Numbered from the stretch's first letter, positions 38,645 through 48,512 are shown. The stretch: DNA of 64,000 nucleotides from Cyclobacteriaceae bacterium (GCA_025455015.1 JALONI010000003.1:8195-72194); one strand, 5' to 3'. Notes: generated from the letters alone by a model not told the origin. Made by a program: numbers and translations.

Positions 38645-39748
38645 ATGGAACCCATCCCTTTTTTTTCGCTGGAGGCAGTGCACGCACGCATCCGCCCGGC
38701 CTTGATGCACGCGTGGGACAACATGCTGCTAAACGGCCACTTCATTTTGCACGAGCGCGTGGCTGCTTTTGAGCAAGCCTATGCCCACTACCACGGGGTG
38801 GCGCATGCGGTGGGGGTGGGCAATGGGCTGGATGCGCTGTACCTGGCTTTGCGCGCGGGCGGCATCGGGCCGGGCCATGAAGTGCTGGTGCCCTCGCACA
38901 CCTGCTATGCCACGTGGCTGGCGGTGGTGCGCACCGGGGCCACACCCGTACCCGTGGAGGTGGATGCCAGTTTAACCATCAACCCGCACCGGGTGGAGGA
39001 AAAGGTGACCCACAAGACCAAGGCTATTGTGCCCGTGCATTTGTATGGGCACCCGTGCCAGATGGATGCCATCATGGCGTGGGCCACAAAGTACGAGTGG
39101 TGGGTGGTGGAGGACAACGCCCAGGCGCAGGGGGCCTCGATACACGGCATTCAAACCGGAGCGTGGGGACATGCCAATGCCACCAGTTTTTATCCCACCA
39201 AAAATATAGGCGCGTTGGGCGATGGCGGGGCAATAACCACTACGCACGCTTCGGTGGCTGAGTTTGTAACACACGCCCGAAATTACGGGGCCGCTCGGAA
39301 GGACCGGCATGAAACGGAAGGCATCAACTCCCGGCTAGACGAGTGGCAAGCCGCGGTGCTGCTCATCAAATTGCGCGAGTTAGATCGGCTGAACGCGGAG
39401 AGGCGCGCCTTGGCAGAGGTGTACTTCCGCCTGTTGCAAAATGTGGGTGACCTGGTTTTGCCGCCCAAGCCCACCGACCAGGCGCAGCCCGTTTTTCACC
39501 TGTTTGTGATCCAAACCAACGTGCGCGATGCGTTGCGGGCCCATTTGCAGAAACACGGCATTGACACGGCCGTTCATTATCCAACGCCCATCCACCGGCA
39601 GCCTGCGATGGCGCACCTGGGCCTTGCCAAAGGCAGCTTGCCCATGGCCGAGCGGCTGGCCCAAACCGTGTTGAGTTTGCCGCTCTATCCGGGACTTACC
39701 GTTTCGCAATGCGAGCGTGTGGCGGAGGCTATTCGGCAGTTCTTTTGA
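38645..39748 (+). CDS. DegT/DnrJ/EryC1/StrS sugar aminotransferase
   Basis: VGNGLDAL, VPVHLYG, EDNAQA, SFYPTKNIGALGDGG, NSRLDE, LSLPLYP. Confidence 0.93.
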   Translation: MEPIPFFSLEAVHARIRPALMHAWDNMLLNGHFILHERVAAFEQAYAHYHGVAHAVGVGNGLDALYLALRAGGIGPGHEVLVPSHTCYATWLAVVRTGATPVPVEVDASLTINPHRVEEKVTHKTKAIVPVHLYGHPCQMDAIMAWATKYEWWVVEDNAQAQGASIHGIQTGAWGHANATSFYPTKNIGALGDGGAITTTHASVAEFVTHARNYGAARKDRHETEGINSRLDEWQAAVLLIKLRELDRLNAERRALAEVYFRLLQNVGDLVLPPKPTDQAQPVFHLFVIQTNVRDALRAHLQKHGIDTAVHYPTPIHRQPAMAHLGLAKGSLPMAERLAQTVLSLPLYPGLTVSQCERVAEAIRQFF

Positions 39749-39750
39749 AA

Positions 39751-39782
39751 CACCGGGCCACGGTTTCAACCGTGGCCCGGTG
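39751..39782. repeat. Perfect 15-bp-arm palindrome, REP-like
   Basis: CACCGGGCCACGGTT-TC-AACCGTGGCCCGGTG between convergent genes. Confidence 0.75.
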
Positions 39783-39806
39783 CCATGCGATCAGCCAAAT
39801 CCGGGC

Positions 39807-41033
39807 CTACATGTTCTTGACGATCTCTTTTCCAAACTCCGAGCACTTGAGCAACGTGGCCCCTTCCATCAGCCGATGGAAATCATACGTGACGCGCTTC
39901 GAGGCAATGGCGGCATCCAGCCCCCGGTAGATCAGGTGTGCCACTTCGTTCCAGCCCATGTATTCAAACATCATCGCCCCCGAAAGGATGACGGACCCCG
40001 GGTTTACTTTGTCTTGCCCCGCGTACTTGGGGGCCGTGCCGTGCGTGGCTTCAAAAATGGCGTGGCCCGTCACGTAGTTAATGTTTCCTCCCGGGGCTAT
40101 GCCGATACCGCCTACGATGGCTGCGGCCGCATCGGAAATGTAATCGCCATTGAGGTTGGCGGTGGCCACCACCGAGTACTCATCGGGGCGAAGAAGGATC
40201 TGCTGCAAAAAGGCATCGGCAATGGCATCTTTGATGATGAGTTTGTGACCGTTTTTTTCGACCACCTGCCACGGGCCGCCATCTAAGTCCACCGCGCCAA
40301 ACTCGCGCTTGGCCAACGCATAGCTCCAATCGCGAAAGCCACCCGAGGTAAACTTCATGATGTTGCCTTTGTGCACAATGGTGACGCTGGGCAGCTTGTG
40401 GTCGATAGCAAATTGAATGGCCGCGCGCGTCAGGCGCTCGGTGCCTTCAATGGAGATGGGTTTAATGCCAATGCCGGAGGTTTCGGGGAAGCGGATTTTC
40501 TTGTACAGCTTGGGGAAGTTGTCTTTCAGCAGCCCCATGAACTTTTTGTTTTCCGCGGTGCCCTGCTGGAATTCGATACCGGCATAGATGTCTTCCGTAT
40601 TCTCACGAAAGATGACCATGTTGCTTTTTTGCGGTTCGCGCACGGGCGAGGGCACACCTTTGAACCAGCGCACGGGACGCAAGCACACGTACAGGTCAAG
40701 TTCCTGGCGCAAGGCCACGTTCAACGAGCGGATGCCACCGCCCACGGGGGTTGACAGCGGTCCTTTGATGCCCACCAGATAGCTGCGAAAAACATCCAGT
40801 GTTTCATCGGGCATCCAGTTGCCCGTCAGGTTGAATGCCTTTTCACCGGCCAGTACTTCTTTCCACTGGATTTTCCGTTTGCCGCCATAGGCCTTCGCTA
40901 CGGCCTCGTCAAACACGTGCTTGGCTACAGGCCAGATGTCCACACCGGTGCCATCACCTTCGATAAACGGGAGGGTCGGGTGGTCCGGAACATTCAGCTT
41001 ACCGTTGCTGATGCTGATTTTTTGATCGCTCAT
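39807..41033 (-). CDS. icd: NADP-dependent isocitrate dehydrogenase
   Basis: [55 protein letters not shown]. Confidence 0.96.
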   Translation of the reverse strand: MSDQKISISNGKLNVPDHPTLPFIEGDGTGVDIWPVAKHVFDEAVAKAYGGKRKIQWKEVLAGEKAFNLTGNWMPDETLDVFRSYLVGIKGPLSTPVGGGIRSLNVALRQELDLYVCLRPVRWFKGVPSPVREPQKSNMVIFRENTEDIYAGIEFQQGTAENKKFMGLLKDNFPKLYKKIRFPETSGIGIKPISIEGTERLTRAAIQFAIDHKLPSVTIVHKGNIMKFTSGGFRDWSYALAKREFGAVDLDGGPWQVVEKNGHKLIIKDAIADAFLQQILLRPDEYSVVATANLNGDYISDAAAAIVGGIGIAPGGNINYVTGHAIFEATHGTAPKYAGQDKVNPGSVILSGAMMFEYMGWNEVAHLIYRGLDAAIASKRVTYDFHRLMEGATLLKCSEFGKEIVKNM

Positions 41034-41179
41034 GGGGGTGGGGAGTTTTTGTGGGGTTAGTCAGAATGAGTTGGCGAAATTAGGAAATGCCGTTGCCCCC
41101 ACCAAATGGGGTGAAGACCGGTTGGTTGAGGACTGGACACGGCCATATTTTTGTTCGTGCCATTTACTATCTTTATCGC

Positions 41180-41410
41180 ATGGAAAGATACCACCATATC
41201 ACATTTGATCAACGTGTGTTGGGCGGGAAACCAATTATCAGGGGGACCCGCGTTAGCGTAGAGCTGATATTGGAGTGGATAGCTTCCGGGGCTTCTGTGG
41301 GAGATATTTGTCAACGCTATCCCCATTTGTCGGAGGAAGCGGTGCGAGAGGCAATACACTACGCAAACGACATTTCGAAAAACGAAATCTTGATCGAATC
41401 AAAAATGTAA
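41180..41410 (+). CDS. DUF433 family protein (putative antitoxin)
   Basis: VLGGKPIIRGTRVSVELIL ... YPHLSEEAVREAIHY; -7 box TATTTTTG at 41145-41152. Confidence 0.9.
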   Translation: MERYHHITFDQRVLGGKPIIRGTRVSVELILEWIASGASVGDICQRYPHLSEEAVREAIHYANDISKNEILIESKM

Positions 41411-41796
41411 TTCAATTTTCTGCATCTCCCATTCTGACGGACGAGAATGTCCCTCCCCAGATTGTCGACTTTGTCCGCTCCGAAGGCTTGATTGTTTCGG
41501 ATGTTTTGAGCTTGGGTAGGCAGGGGGCTAGTGACTTGGAAGTCGCCAACTGGGCCAGAAATCATGGTCATGTTGTTGCGACACAAGATCAGGACTTTGG
41601 GAGATTACTACATCTTACAAAAGAAAAAAATATTGGTGTCGTTTATCTACGGCCTGGGCATTTTGGGTCCGCCATTCATATTTCCTCTTTGAAGAGATTG
41701 CTAGAGATAAACCCCATCCTACACGCCCCATTTATTGTAATAATCCACAATAATGGCTCTACCATCCGGTTAAGGATCCGGAATTCAATAGTGTAG
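41410..41796 (+). CDS. DUF5615/VapC45-like PIN toxin, start codon unclear
   Basis: ILTDENV, SDLEV, ATQDQDFG. No nearby in-frame ATG/GTG/TTG; ATT at 41410 or 41431 or CTG at 41434 are candidates. Confidence 0.7.
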   Translation: MQFSASPILTDENVPPQIVDFVRSEGLIVSDVLSLGRQGASDLEVANWARNHGHVVATQDQDFGRLLHLTKEKNIGVVYLRPGHFGSAIHISSLKRLLEINPILHAPFIVIIHNNGSTIRLRIRNSIV

Positions 41797-41804
41797 AGAC
41801 GCTT

Positions 41805-42629
41805 TCAGTATCCTTCCTCTTTGCTGGGAAAAGCCTTGCGTTTTACATCGCCCACGTAGGTTGTCACCGCTCCGGTAATCACGTTGTGCAAGTCGGCATA
41901 CCTGCGCAAAAAGCGCGGCTTGAATTCCTGCGTGATGCCAAGCATGTCTTGCATGACCAATACTTGCCCGTCCACTTCGGCCCCCGCGCCAATGCCAATG
42001 ACGGGGATGGTGAGCGCTGCCGCGACTTTTTTGGCCAGCTCGGCCGGGATTTTTTCCAGCACCAGGCCAAAGCACCCGCACTCTTGCAGCAGGTGTGCAT
42101 CGTCCAGCAACTGATTGGCCTCGGCCTCTTCTTTGGCGCGCACCGAGTAGGTTCCAAATTTGTAGATCGACTGCGGGGTGAGGCCCAGGTGGCCCATGAC
42201 CGGCACACCCGCGCTGAGGATGCGCAGCACCGAGTCTTTCACTTCATGGCCGCCTTCCAGCTTGACGGCATGCGCGCCTGACTCTTTCATGATGCGGATA
42301 GACGACCGGAGGGCCTCGCCCGAGCTGCCCTGGTAATGTCCAAACGGAATGTCTACCACCACCAGCGCACGCTTCACAGCCTTCACCACCGAGGTGGCGT
42401 GGTAGATCATCTGGTCGAGCGTGATGGGCAAGGTGGTTTCATTGCCGGCCATCACGTTGCTGGCCGAGTCACCCACCAGTATCACATCCACACCTGCTCC
42501 GTCAATGATTTTGGCCATCGAATAATCATACGCGGTAAGCATGGCAATTTTTTCGCCACGCTTTTTCATTTCCTGAAGCTGGTGAGTGGTTACTTTTTTT
42601 TTGATGTCTTGTTGTTTGTGAACGGACAT
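41805..42629 (-). CDS. panB: 3-methyl-2-oxobutanoate hydroxymethyltransferase
   Basis: [37 protein letters not shown]. Confidence 0.96.
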   Translation of the reverse strand: MSVHKQQDIKKKVTTHQLQEMKKRGEKIAMLTAYDYSMAKIIDGAGVDVILVGDSASNVMAGNETTLPITLDQMIYHATSVVKAVKRALVVVDIPFGHYQGSSGEALRSSIRIMKESGAHAVKLEGGHEVKDSVLRILSAGVPVMGHLGLTPQSIYKFGTYSVRAKEEAEANQLLDDAHLLQECGCFGLVLEKIPAELAKKVAAALTIPVIGIGAGAEVDGQVLVMQDMLGITQEFKPRFLRRYADLHNVITGAVTTYVGDVKRKAFPSKEEGY

Positions 42630-42712
42630 GAGAAGGCGTTTTAGAAAAATTGCGTACTCCAAATTCGACATGCCACCGGGTGGTGATCAACCGCTATCCC
42701 CGCAAAGGGCTG

Positions 42713-43222
42713 TTAGGTCAAATACACGGCTGAGTTCTTGCCCAGCACTACCTCCACATGATCTTTTAACGTGGTGGCCAACTCAAACCCCGTGAACGTA
42801 GGCTGCATAGGGTATTGCGAATGGCTTCTGTTCACCAGCACGGCCACTTGTATTTTCTTGATTTCAACGGACAAAAAAGGCCGAAGGGCAAAGGCGAGCG
42901 TTTTGCCGGTGTTTAGCACGTCATCCACCAGCACGATCGCCTTTTTCTTCAGTGTCTTCACCTCCACGTCCAGCACCACCTCCGGTTGCGTGAGGGCCGC
43001 TTTGTCTACCACTACCCGGGCCAGGGACACGGGCCAGGGCGCGATGCCTTTCAATTCCTTTTGGAGCAGACCGGCCAGCACATACCCTTGTCCATCAATG
43101 CCCACCAGCGTTAATTCCTTCACGTCAAAGTTGCTTTCCAGTATTTCAAACGCAATGCGTCTGATTTTTTGATGCACTTGTGTGGCCGACAGGACAGGCG
43201 TTTTTTCCGATACGAGCGTCAT
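42713..43222 (-). CDS. Phosphoribosyltransferase (PyrR-like)
   Basis: IRRIAFEI; PRPP loop VLVDDVLNTGKT. Confidence 0.85.
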   Translation of the reverse strand: MTLVSEKTPVLSATQVHQKIRRIAFEILESNFDVKELTLVGIDGQGYVLAGLLQKELKGIAPWPVSLARVVVDKAALTQPEVVLDVEVKTLKKKAIVLVDDVLNTGKTLAFALRPFLSVEIKKIQVAVLVNRSHSQYPMQPTFTGFELATTLKDHVEVVLGKNSAVYLT

Positions 43223-43689
43223 GACGGGATGGGCACTACTTTGCTGTCTTTGAAAGTCGATAGAATGACCGTGGTCTGCATGTTGTCCACCACCTCAATG
43301 TTGGACATCTCTAACATAAATTGCTGGTAGGTAGGGATGTCGGTACTTACGATTTTGAGGATAAAGTCCGCTTGGCCGGTTACGTGGTGGCACTCGACCA
43401 CTTCATCGATTTTATTGATGGCGGCAATAAATTTTTCAATGTTCTCCTTGTTGTGCCCTTTAAGCGACACAGTCACAAACGTACAGACGCCCATGCCAAT
43501 GCTGGCCATGTCGATAACGGCATGGTAGCTACGGATGACCCCGGCATTTTCAAGCTTTTTCACGCGCTCCAACGTGGGCGCAGGCGATAGCCCGATTTCG
43601 GAGGCTAATTGGGCGTTGGTGATATTGGAGTTGGCTTGCAGGAGTTCCAATATCTTTCGGTCGATGTTATCAAGTTTTACTTGTTTCAC
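43219..43689 (-). CDS. Lrp/AsnC family transcriptional regulator
   Basis: LDNIDRKILELLQ, IGLSPAPTLERVKKLE, CHHVTGQADF; probable GTG start at 43689. Confidence 0.93.
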   Translation of the reverse strand: MKQVKLDNIDRKILELLQANSNITNAQLASEIGLSPAPTLERVKKLENAGVIRSYHAVIDMASIGMGVCTFVTVSLKGHNKENIEKFIAAINKIDEVVECHHVTGQADFILKIVSTDIPTYQQFMLEMSNIEVVDNMQTTVILSTFKDSKVVPIPS

Positions 43690-43844
43690 GGGGTACGGTT
43701 GGGTGTTTGGGGGGGTGATGGATACGTTATCCTTCGGTAAAAATAGAAGAATTTTTCGGTATCCCTTTGCCCGGTTTTCGGCACGGAGGCTACGCCAAAA
43801 AGGGGGATGGTGCGGGCTCGGCAGCGTGTGACCGACCGTTTTTC

Positions 43845-46800
43845 TCACCGGTGTACCACCAGCCGGTGCGTCACCGATTGGCGCAGGTCATGGACACGCA
43901 AAAAATAGATACCGGCCGGAAGTGAGGCAACGGATACCCGCCACTGATTGAAGCCGGCTTGCGCGGGCACCTCTTCGCCCCACAGCCGCTGGCCCTGCGT
44001 GCCAAAACATTCAATTTGCACACGCCCTTCGGCTGACGCGATCATCTCCAATACCACGTCATCTGTGGCCGGGTTGGGATACGGCAACAAGAAAATGGAG
44101 GCAGGCTCCAGGTTGATGCACGCTTGGTTATTGGCTACATCCACATCGTTGGGCACGGCCAGTTCGGCACAGAGGTACTGCGTGCCGGGCAAGAGCTCCG
44201 TGGCCAGCGTGTAGATAGCGGTAGCATCGGGTGCCAGGGTGGCCACAATCGTCTCTTGTATTTTGCTGCCTCCGGCCACGTGCAAAACTACTACCGGATT
44301 AACCAGCGGGATGTTTCCACGGTTGGTGACTGTGATGGATAGTCGCTGGGTGGACGGCTGACTGCCGGGCGTCAATTGAGCGGCCACGGCAAACGCATCG
44401 GGCGCAGCCACCACGGCAAAAATCATTTGTGTACTCACAGACTGGCAGCCGTTGTTGTCTCGGGCGGTCAGCTCAACTGGATAAACTCCTGTTTCTGAAA
44501 ACGTAAACAAGGGTGAAGGCTGCGTGGTGGTACTATTTACGGCATCGTTGAATTGCCATACGTACGAAGTGGCATTGCTCGAAGTATTGGTAAACGCCAC
44601 GTTGAGCGGAGGAGGGCCAATGGTGGGCGTGGCCACAAACGAGGCGGTAGGACCGGGCCCCACCACGATGGATTTGGTGAGCGAATAAATGCACCCGGAC
44701 TGCCGTGTCACGTCCATGCGCACAGGGTAGGAGCCGGTGGCCGCAAAGGCATGCAGTGAGGGGGAGCCGGTGCCCGTGCCTCCATCACCAAAAGTCCAAG
44801 TCCAAGCCGCGGCAGGGTCGGTGCCTCCGGGGTTGGCTTCCTCAAAACGCGCCTCCCGATTAACGCAATTGTTGGTGACGGAAAAATCCAACGCGGGCAA
44901 CACAGGCACCACGACCGCTTTGGTGCGGGTGCCAATACATTGGTTGGGCGCTGTGGCCCGAAGTTGCGCGGTGAAGTTTCCGGGCGTGGAAAAGCGGTGG
45001 GTCGGCTGGCGGACGGTGTATGATGAACTTGCAATGATCCATTGCCAAGCGGTGGTGGTGGACGGGCCGGACTCGGTGAAGACGGTGTTCTGACCGACAC
45101 AGGCAGGCGTCACCGTGAAGTCTACTGTGGGCGAAGGCAAAATCGAAATCATTTTTTCGAAGAAGCCGACACAGCCAACGTTGGTGGTGGTAGTTAAGCG
45201 TACGGTGTAATCGCCTGCTTGTGCATAGGTGTAGGTGGGCAGGGAGCCCGTGCCGGTTCCTGCGCTGGCATCGCCAAATGCCCACACCCATGAACTGATG
45301 TTGCTGTCTGCGGGCGGAGGTGTGGCATCGCGGAACTGAGCCGGGGAGCCGCTGCAGGAGAACGGGGGCAGGTCAAGTGAGAAGTTGGTTTGAGGCACCG
45401 TGCGGATGACGACCGCTGCCGTTTTGCTGTTCACACACCCGTTAGCGCTGGAGGCACTCAGCGTGGCCTGGTAGGTGCCGGGTGTCGTGTACACATGGGT
45501 GGGGCTTGCCGAAGTTGATGCGTTGCCATCGCCAAAGTTCCATGTGTAGGACGTTACACTTCCGGTAGTACCATTGGTAAACACCGTTTGATTGTCTTCG
45601 CAAATGCCAGCGAAGGAAAAGTCGGTGGTCGGTCCGGTTTGTACGGGACCAATGGATTGGCTGTTGCTGTTGGAGCAACCGGGAAGGGAAGTCACTAATT
45701 GGACGGTCTTGGTGCCGGTGGTGGCGAACACCAGCGACAGATCGCGTGTAGAGGCAACAGCGGAGCCATCAACAGACCACTCGTAGACCAGGTTTCCGTC
45801 AAACACATCGGGAGTGGTATTTACAAAGGTCGTTTCGCCCCCCGTGCAAACCAACCCACTCGGTGCGGTGAAGCTGGGTGTTGGGGGATCGTAAATACTG
45901 ATCGCGGACGCGGCAAAATTGCGACAGCCATTGGCCGCCTCCACGCGCAGCGACACCGGGTAAGATCCCGCGGCAGCATAGCTATGGGATGGGTTTGCCA
46001 GAGCGGACACGTTGCCATCGCCAAACGACCAATCAAAACTGACCAAGGGTTGGTTGGACGATAACACAAAATCCACCGGGGTGCTGGTGCAGCGGGTGAG
46101 GTTCACGAAATCCAGCGAAGGTGCGGATAGTGGATCAATCGTGAGGATATGGGTCGTTTCGATCGGTTGCCCAGTTCCGGTGGGCCGTGCAAACAGCGAG
46201 ATCGCGTACGTTCCTGCGGTGTTGTACACCACGGGAGCGGGCGCTTGACCTGCCGTATGGTCAAGGGTGCTGCCGCACGATTGCGGAAAACTAATCCGGT
46301 ACAAGTCGTTGGATTGCCAATTGCTGGTAAAAATGAAATACCGACTCTTATCGCGCACGCCCCGTATCTTCAGGTTCGAGGAGAGAACGCCTTGTGAGCC
46401 CAGGTTGTCGGTCGTGACAACATCGTTTTCGATGTCGGCACCAAAATTCATTCGAAAAAGACTTCCTTGATCGGTACCGACAAAGGTTTTGAATTCGTTG
46501 TTTTCCTTCACGGCCCAAACACCCGCGGCCGAAAAACCTTCCAACGCAGTACTGGTGATGCGCTCAGCCGTTGGGATGGAAAAGAGCGTGGCACCAAAAT
46601 GGAGGCGATAGAGTCGGCCATTGGCCACTGAAACGGCAAAGCCATACCATTGATTGCCAGAGGAGACAAAACTCAAATCGCCCACCGTAGACGCACCCAC
46701 GATGTTGCCGGACTCCAGCACATTCGAAGCACCCGGCAGGCTGGCTAGGTCACTGCCAAAGTTGACGAGCGTGATATTGAATGCATTGGTCAACCCCACC

Positions 46801-48512
46801 ACCCAGCGTGCACCATCGTGTGCTACGTCCACACCTCCGTTGCCAATGGCATCGCCCGCCAAAATGCCGCTGGCGGTGATGCCCGAAGCCGGGCCCGCCA
46901 CGGAAGTTCCAAGTTCCAACCGAATCAGTTTTGAGCCAACGCGGTTGCTGATGAACGCAAAATGACGAGTGCCGTCAAAAACAAGTCGAACGGCTTGCGG
47001 TCCGTTTAGCAGGCCTCCCGGATTTCCCAGGTTGGTGACAGTTGGGGCACTATTGTTCAAGTCGGCCCCGAAATCCAGACGGAAAATCGAGTTGCCCAAG
47101 AGGTTGCAATAAAACCCGTACCACCTTCCGTTCTCGAACGCAAAGTCCATGCCCACGATCACATTGCCCCCCGCACTGCTTAGATTGAAAAACTGCGCAG
47201 CGTTCGGGTTTCGTTCCAAATCGCCTTGGCAAAAATCCCACTCAAACCCGGTGGCGTTCACCGAAGTGTTCGTCAAGGGGATACGCTCGCCCAGGCATCC
47301 TTCCGCGGCCGCGGAAAACGAAACCGTGGGTTGCGCCAGCAAAGAAGCAACGCCTACCAGAACAAAGAGGGCGGTTACGAAGACGCGTGCGTGGGTCAGC
47401 GCTTGGTCATAGACCTTTTTGAGTCGCAGCGAGGTGTTTTCAAGACTGAAACGTTCCGTCACATCTTTCTTTCCATCGGTAGCCAAGCGTTGTTGCAGCG
47501 ATTCGTCCAGAGCCAAGGTTACCATGGCATTGGCCATCGCAGGTACATCCTTATTCGGCACGAGTATCCCTGTTTCCATGTGTTTGACAATTTCGCCCGG
47601 CCCCCCGCAGTCAGTGGCGATCAACGGCCGTGCAAAGAAAAGAGCCTCCAAGCAAACGATTGAGAATGACTCCGACTCCGAGAAGTTCAAAATAATCTGT
47701 GATTGCTTATATTCTGTTTCCACGTCTTTGGTAAACCCCCGCCAAGTAACTTTTGACGCAATGCCCGCCCTCTCCGCCATGCGTTGAAGTCGTACTAAAT
47801 AATCTCTGTTTTTCGCTTGGCCTAAATCGCCCCCCACAAATGTCAGTCGCCACCCGGGCAGCTGGTCATGTACCTGGGCGAAGGCACGCAAGGCGAAGTG
47901 CTGGCCCTTTCCCTCGGTGTAGTTGGCCAAGTACAAGAAACTGGGGTTCTCAGGCCGCGAGGTGATCTGGGCAAGTTGTTCGCGGGCCGGCAACTCATTG
48001 TAAATAACATCAATGGCGTGACTGGCAGGCAGTTGGTTGACAACGCTATGAGATACAGCCACCATCCGAAAGGCATATCGGTTGTGCAACCCCAGCCAGA
48101 AGCGAAAAAGCCAACGCGGGAACTTCGCGGGCAAAAAGCGAATGTGGCAAACATACGGTATCCGAGAGCCCGTCAGCCGCAGCATGACGGGCAAGAGGTT
48201 GTAGAGGTCGTTTACATGAATGATATCCGCTTTTTCCTGGCGGACTATCTTTCTCAGTCGATAAGCATTGATGATCAACACGGGCCAGTAGGCTAGGAGG
48301 TCCATCGGTCTCCGGCTCAGTTCGCGCATGGGTAGTGTGTGTACCCGCGAAAATCCGTGTGCATACACATGCCGTGTTCCTTCGGCTGGGCGTGGCATCA
48401 CAAATACGAATTCGAAGTGTGCCCGCAGGTCTTCGGCCGTCCGTAAAATGGATTTCAGCGCGCCCGTCAGGCCTTGGCTGTTTTCGATGACTAGTATGAC
48501 CGGCTTGCGCAT
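43845..48512 (-). CDS. In-frame fusion: GT4 glycosyltransferase + internal signal peptide + propeller-like domain + PKD repeats + CARDB-like domain + T9SS type A CTD
   Basis: N-terminal GT-B (SQGLTGA, ESFSIVCLEA, ATDCGGPGEI); ARVFVTALFVLVGVASLLA-Q; about 8 PKD units (WSFGDG); CTD PYPNPA...LPAGIYFLRV. Confidence 0.85.
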   Translation of the reverse strand: MRKPVILVIENSQGLTGALKSILRTAEDLRAHFEFVFVMPRPAEGTRHVYAHGFSRVHTLPMRELSRRPMDLLAYWPVLIINAYRLRKIVRQEKADIIHVNDLYNLLPVMLRLTGSRIPYVCHIRFLPAKFPRWLFRFWLGLHNRYAFRMVAVSHSVVNQLPASHAIDVIYNELPAREQLAQITSRPENPSFLYLANYTEGKGQHFALRAFAQVHDQLPGWRLTFVGGDLGQAKNRDYLVRLQRMAERAGIASKVTWRGFTKDVETEYKQSQIILNFSESESFSIVCLEALFFARPLIATDCGGPGEIVKHMETGILVPNKDVPAMANAMVTLALDESLQQRLATDGKKDVTERFSLENTSLRLKKVYDQALTHARVFVTALFVLVGVASLLAQPTVSFSAAAEGCLGERIPLTNTSVNATGFEWDFCQGDLERNPNAAQFFNLSSAGGNVIVGMDFAFENGRWYGFYCNLLGNSIFRLDFGADLNNSAPTVTNLGNPGGLLNGPQAVRLVFDGTRHFAFISNRVGSKLIRLELGTSVAGPASGITASGILAGDAIGNGGVDVAHDGARWVVGLTNAFNITLVNFGSDLASLPGASNVLESGNIVGASTVGDLSFVSSGNQWYGFAVSVANGRLYRLHFGATLFSIPTAERITSTALEGFSAAGVWAVKENNEFKTFVGTDQGSLFRMNFGADIENDVVTTDNLGSQGVLSSNLKIRGVRDKSRYFIFTSNWQSNDLYRISFPQSCGSTLDHTAGQAPAPVVYNTAGTYAISLFARPTGTGQPIETTHILTIDPLSAPSLDFVNLTRCTSTPVDFVLSSNQPLVSFDWSFGDGNVSALANPSHSYAAAGSYPVSLRVEAANGCRNFAASAISIYDPPTPSFTAPSGLVCTGGETTFVNTTPDVFDGNLVYEWSVDGSAVASTRDLSLVFATTGTKTVQLVTSLPGCSNSNSQSIGPVQTGPTTDFSFAGICEDNQTVFTNGTTGSVTSYTWNFGDGNASTSASPTHVYTTPGTYQATLSASSANGCVNSKTAAVVIRTVPQTNFSLDLPPFSCSGSPAQFRDATPPPADSNISSWVWAFGDASAGTGTGSLPTYTYAQAGDYTVRLTTTTNVGCVGFFEKMISILPSPTVDFTVTPACVGQNTVFTESGPSTTTAWQWIIASSSYTVRQPTHRFSTPGNFTAQLRATAPNQCIGTRTKAVVVPVLPALDFSVTNNCVNREARFEEANPGGTDPAAAWTWTFGDGGTGTGSPSLHAFAATGSYPVRMDVTRQSGCIYSLTKSIVVGPGPTASFVATPTIGPPPLNVAFTNTSSNATSYVWQFNDAVNSTTTQPSPLFTFSETGVYPVELTARDNNGCQSVSTQMIFAVVAAPDAFAVAAQLTPGSQPSTQRLSITVTNRGNIPLVNPVVVLHVAGGSKIQETIVATLAPDATAIYTLATELLPGTQYLCAELAVPNDVDVANNQACINLEPASIFLLPYPNPATDDVVLEMIASAEGRVQIECFGTQGQRLWGEEVPAQAGFNQWRVSVASLPAGIYFLRVHDLRQSVTHRLVVHR

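Noticed and set aside
35529-38687. Track start 38687 for DUF2723 (similar extended starts for wzm 57010, wzt 55961, GT4 49994, Lrp 43848, meaB 24614, serine hydrolase 17853)
   Set aside because: These extensions overlap neighbouring genes or promoters; downstream starts match family N-termini and signal peptides better.
47396-47410. Micro-ORF MTKR* at the GT4/PKD junction as the true start of the PKD gene
   Set aside because: It is out of frame and stops after four codons. A +1 insertion would rescue it but would force a ~50-codon overlap with the GT. Kept only as an alternative under the fusion finding.
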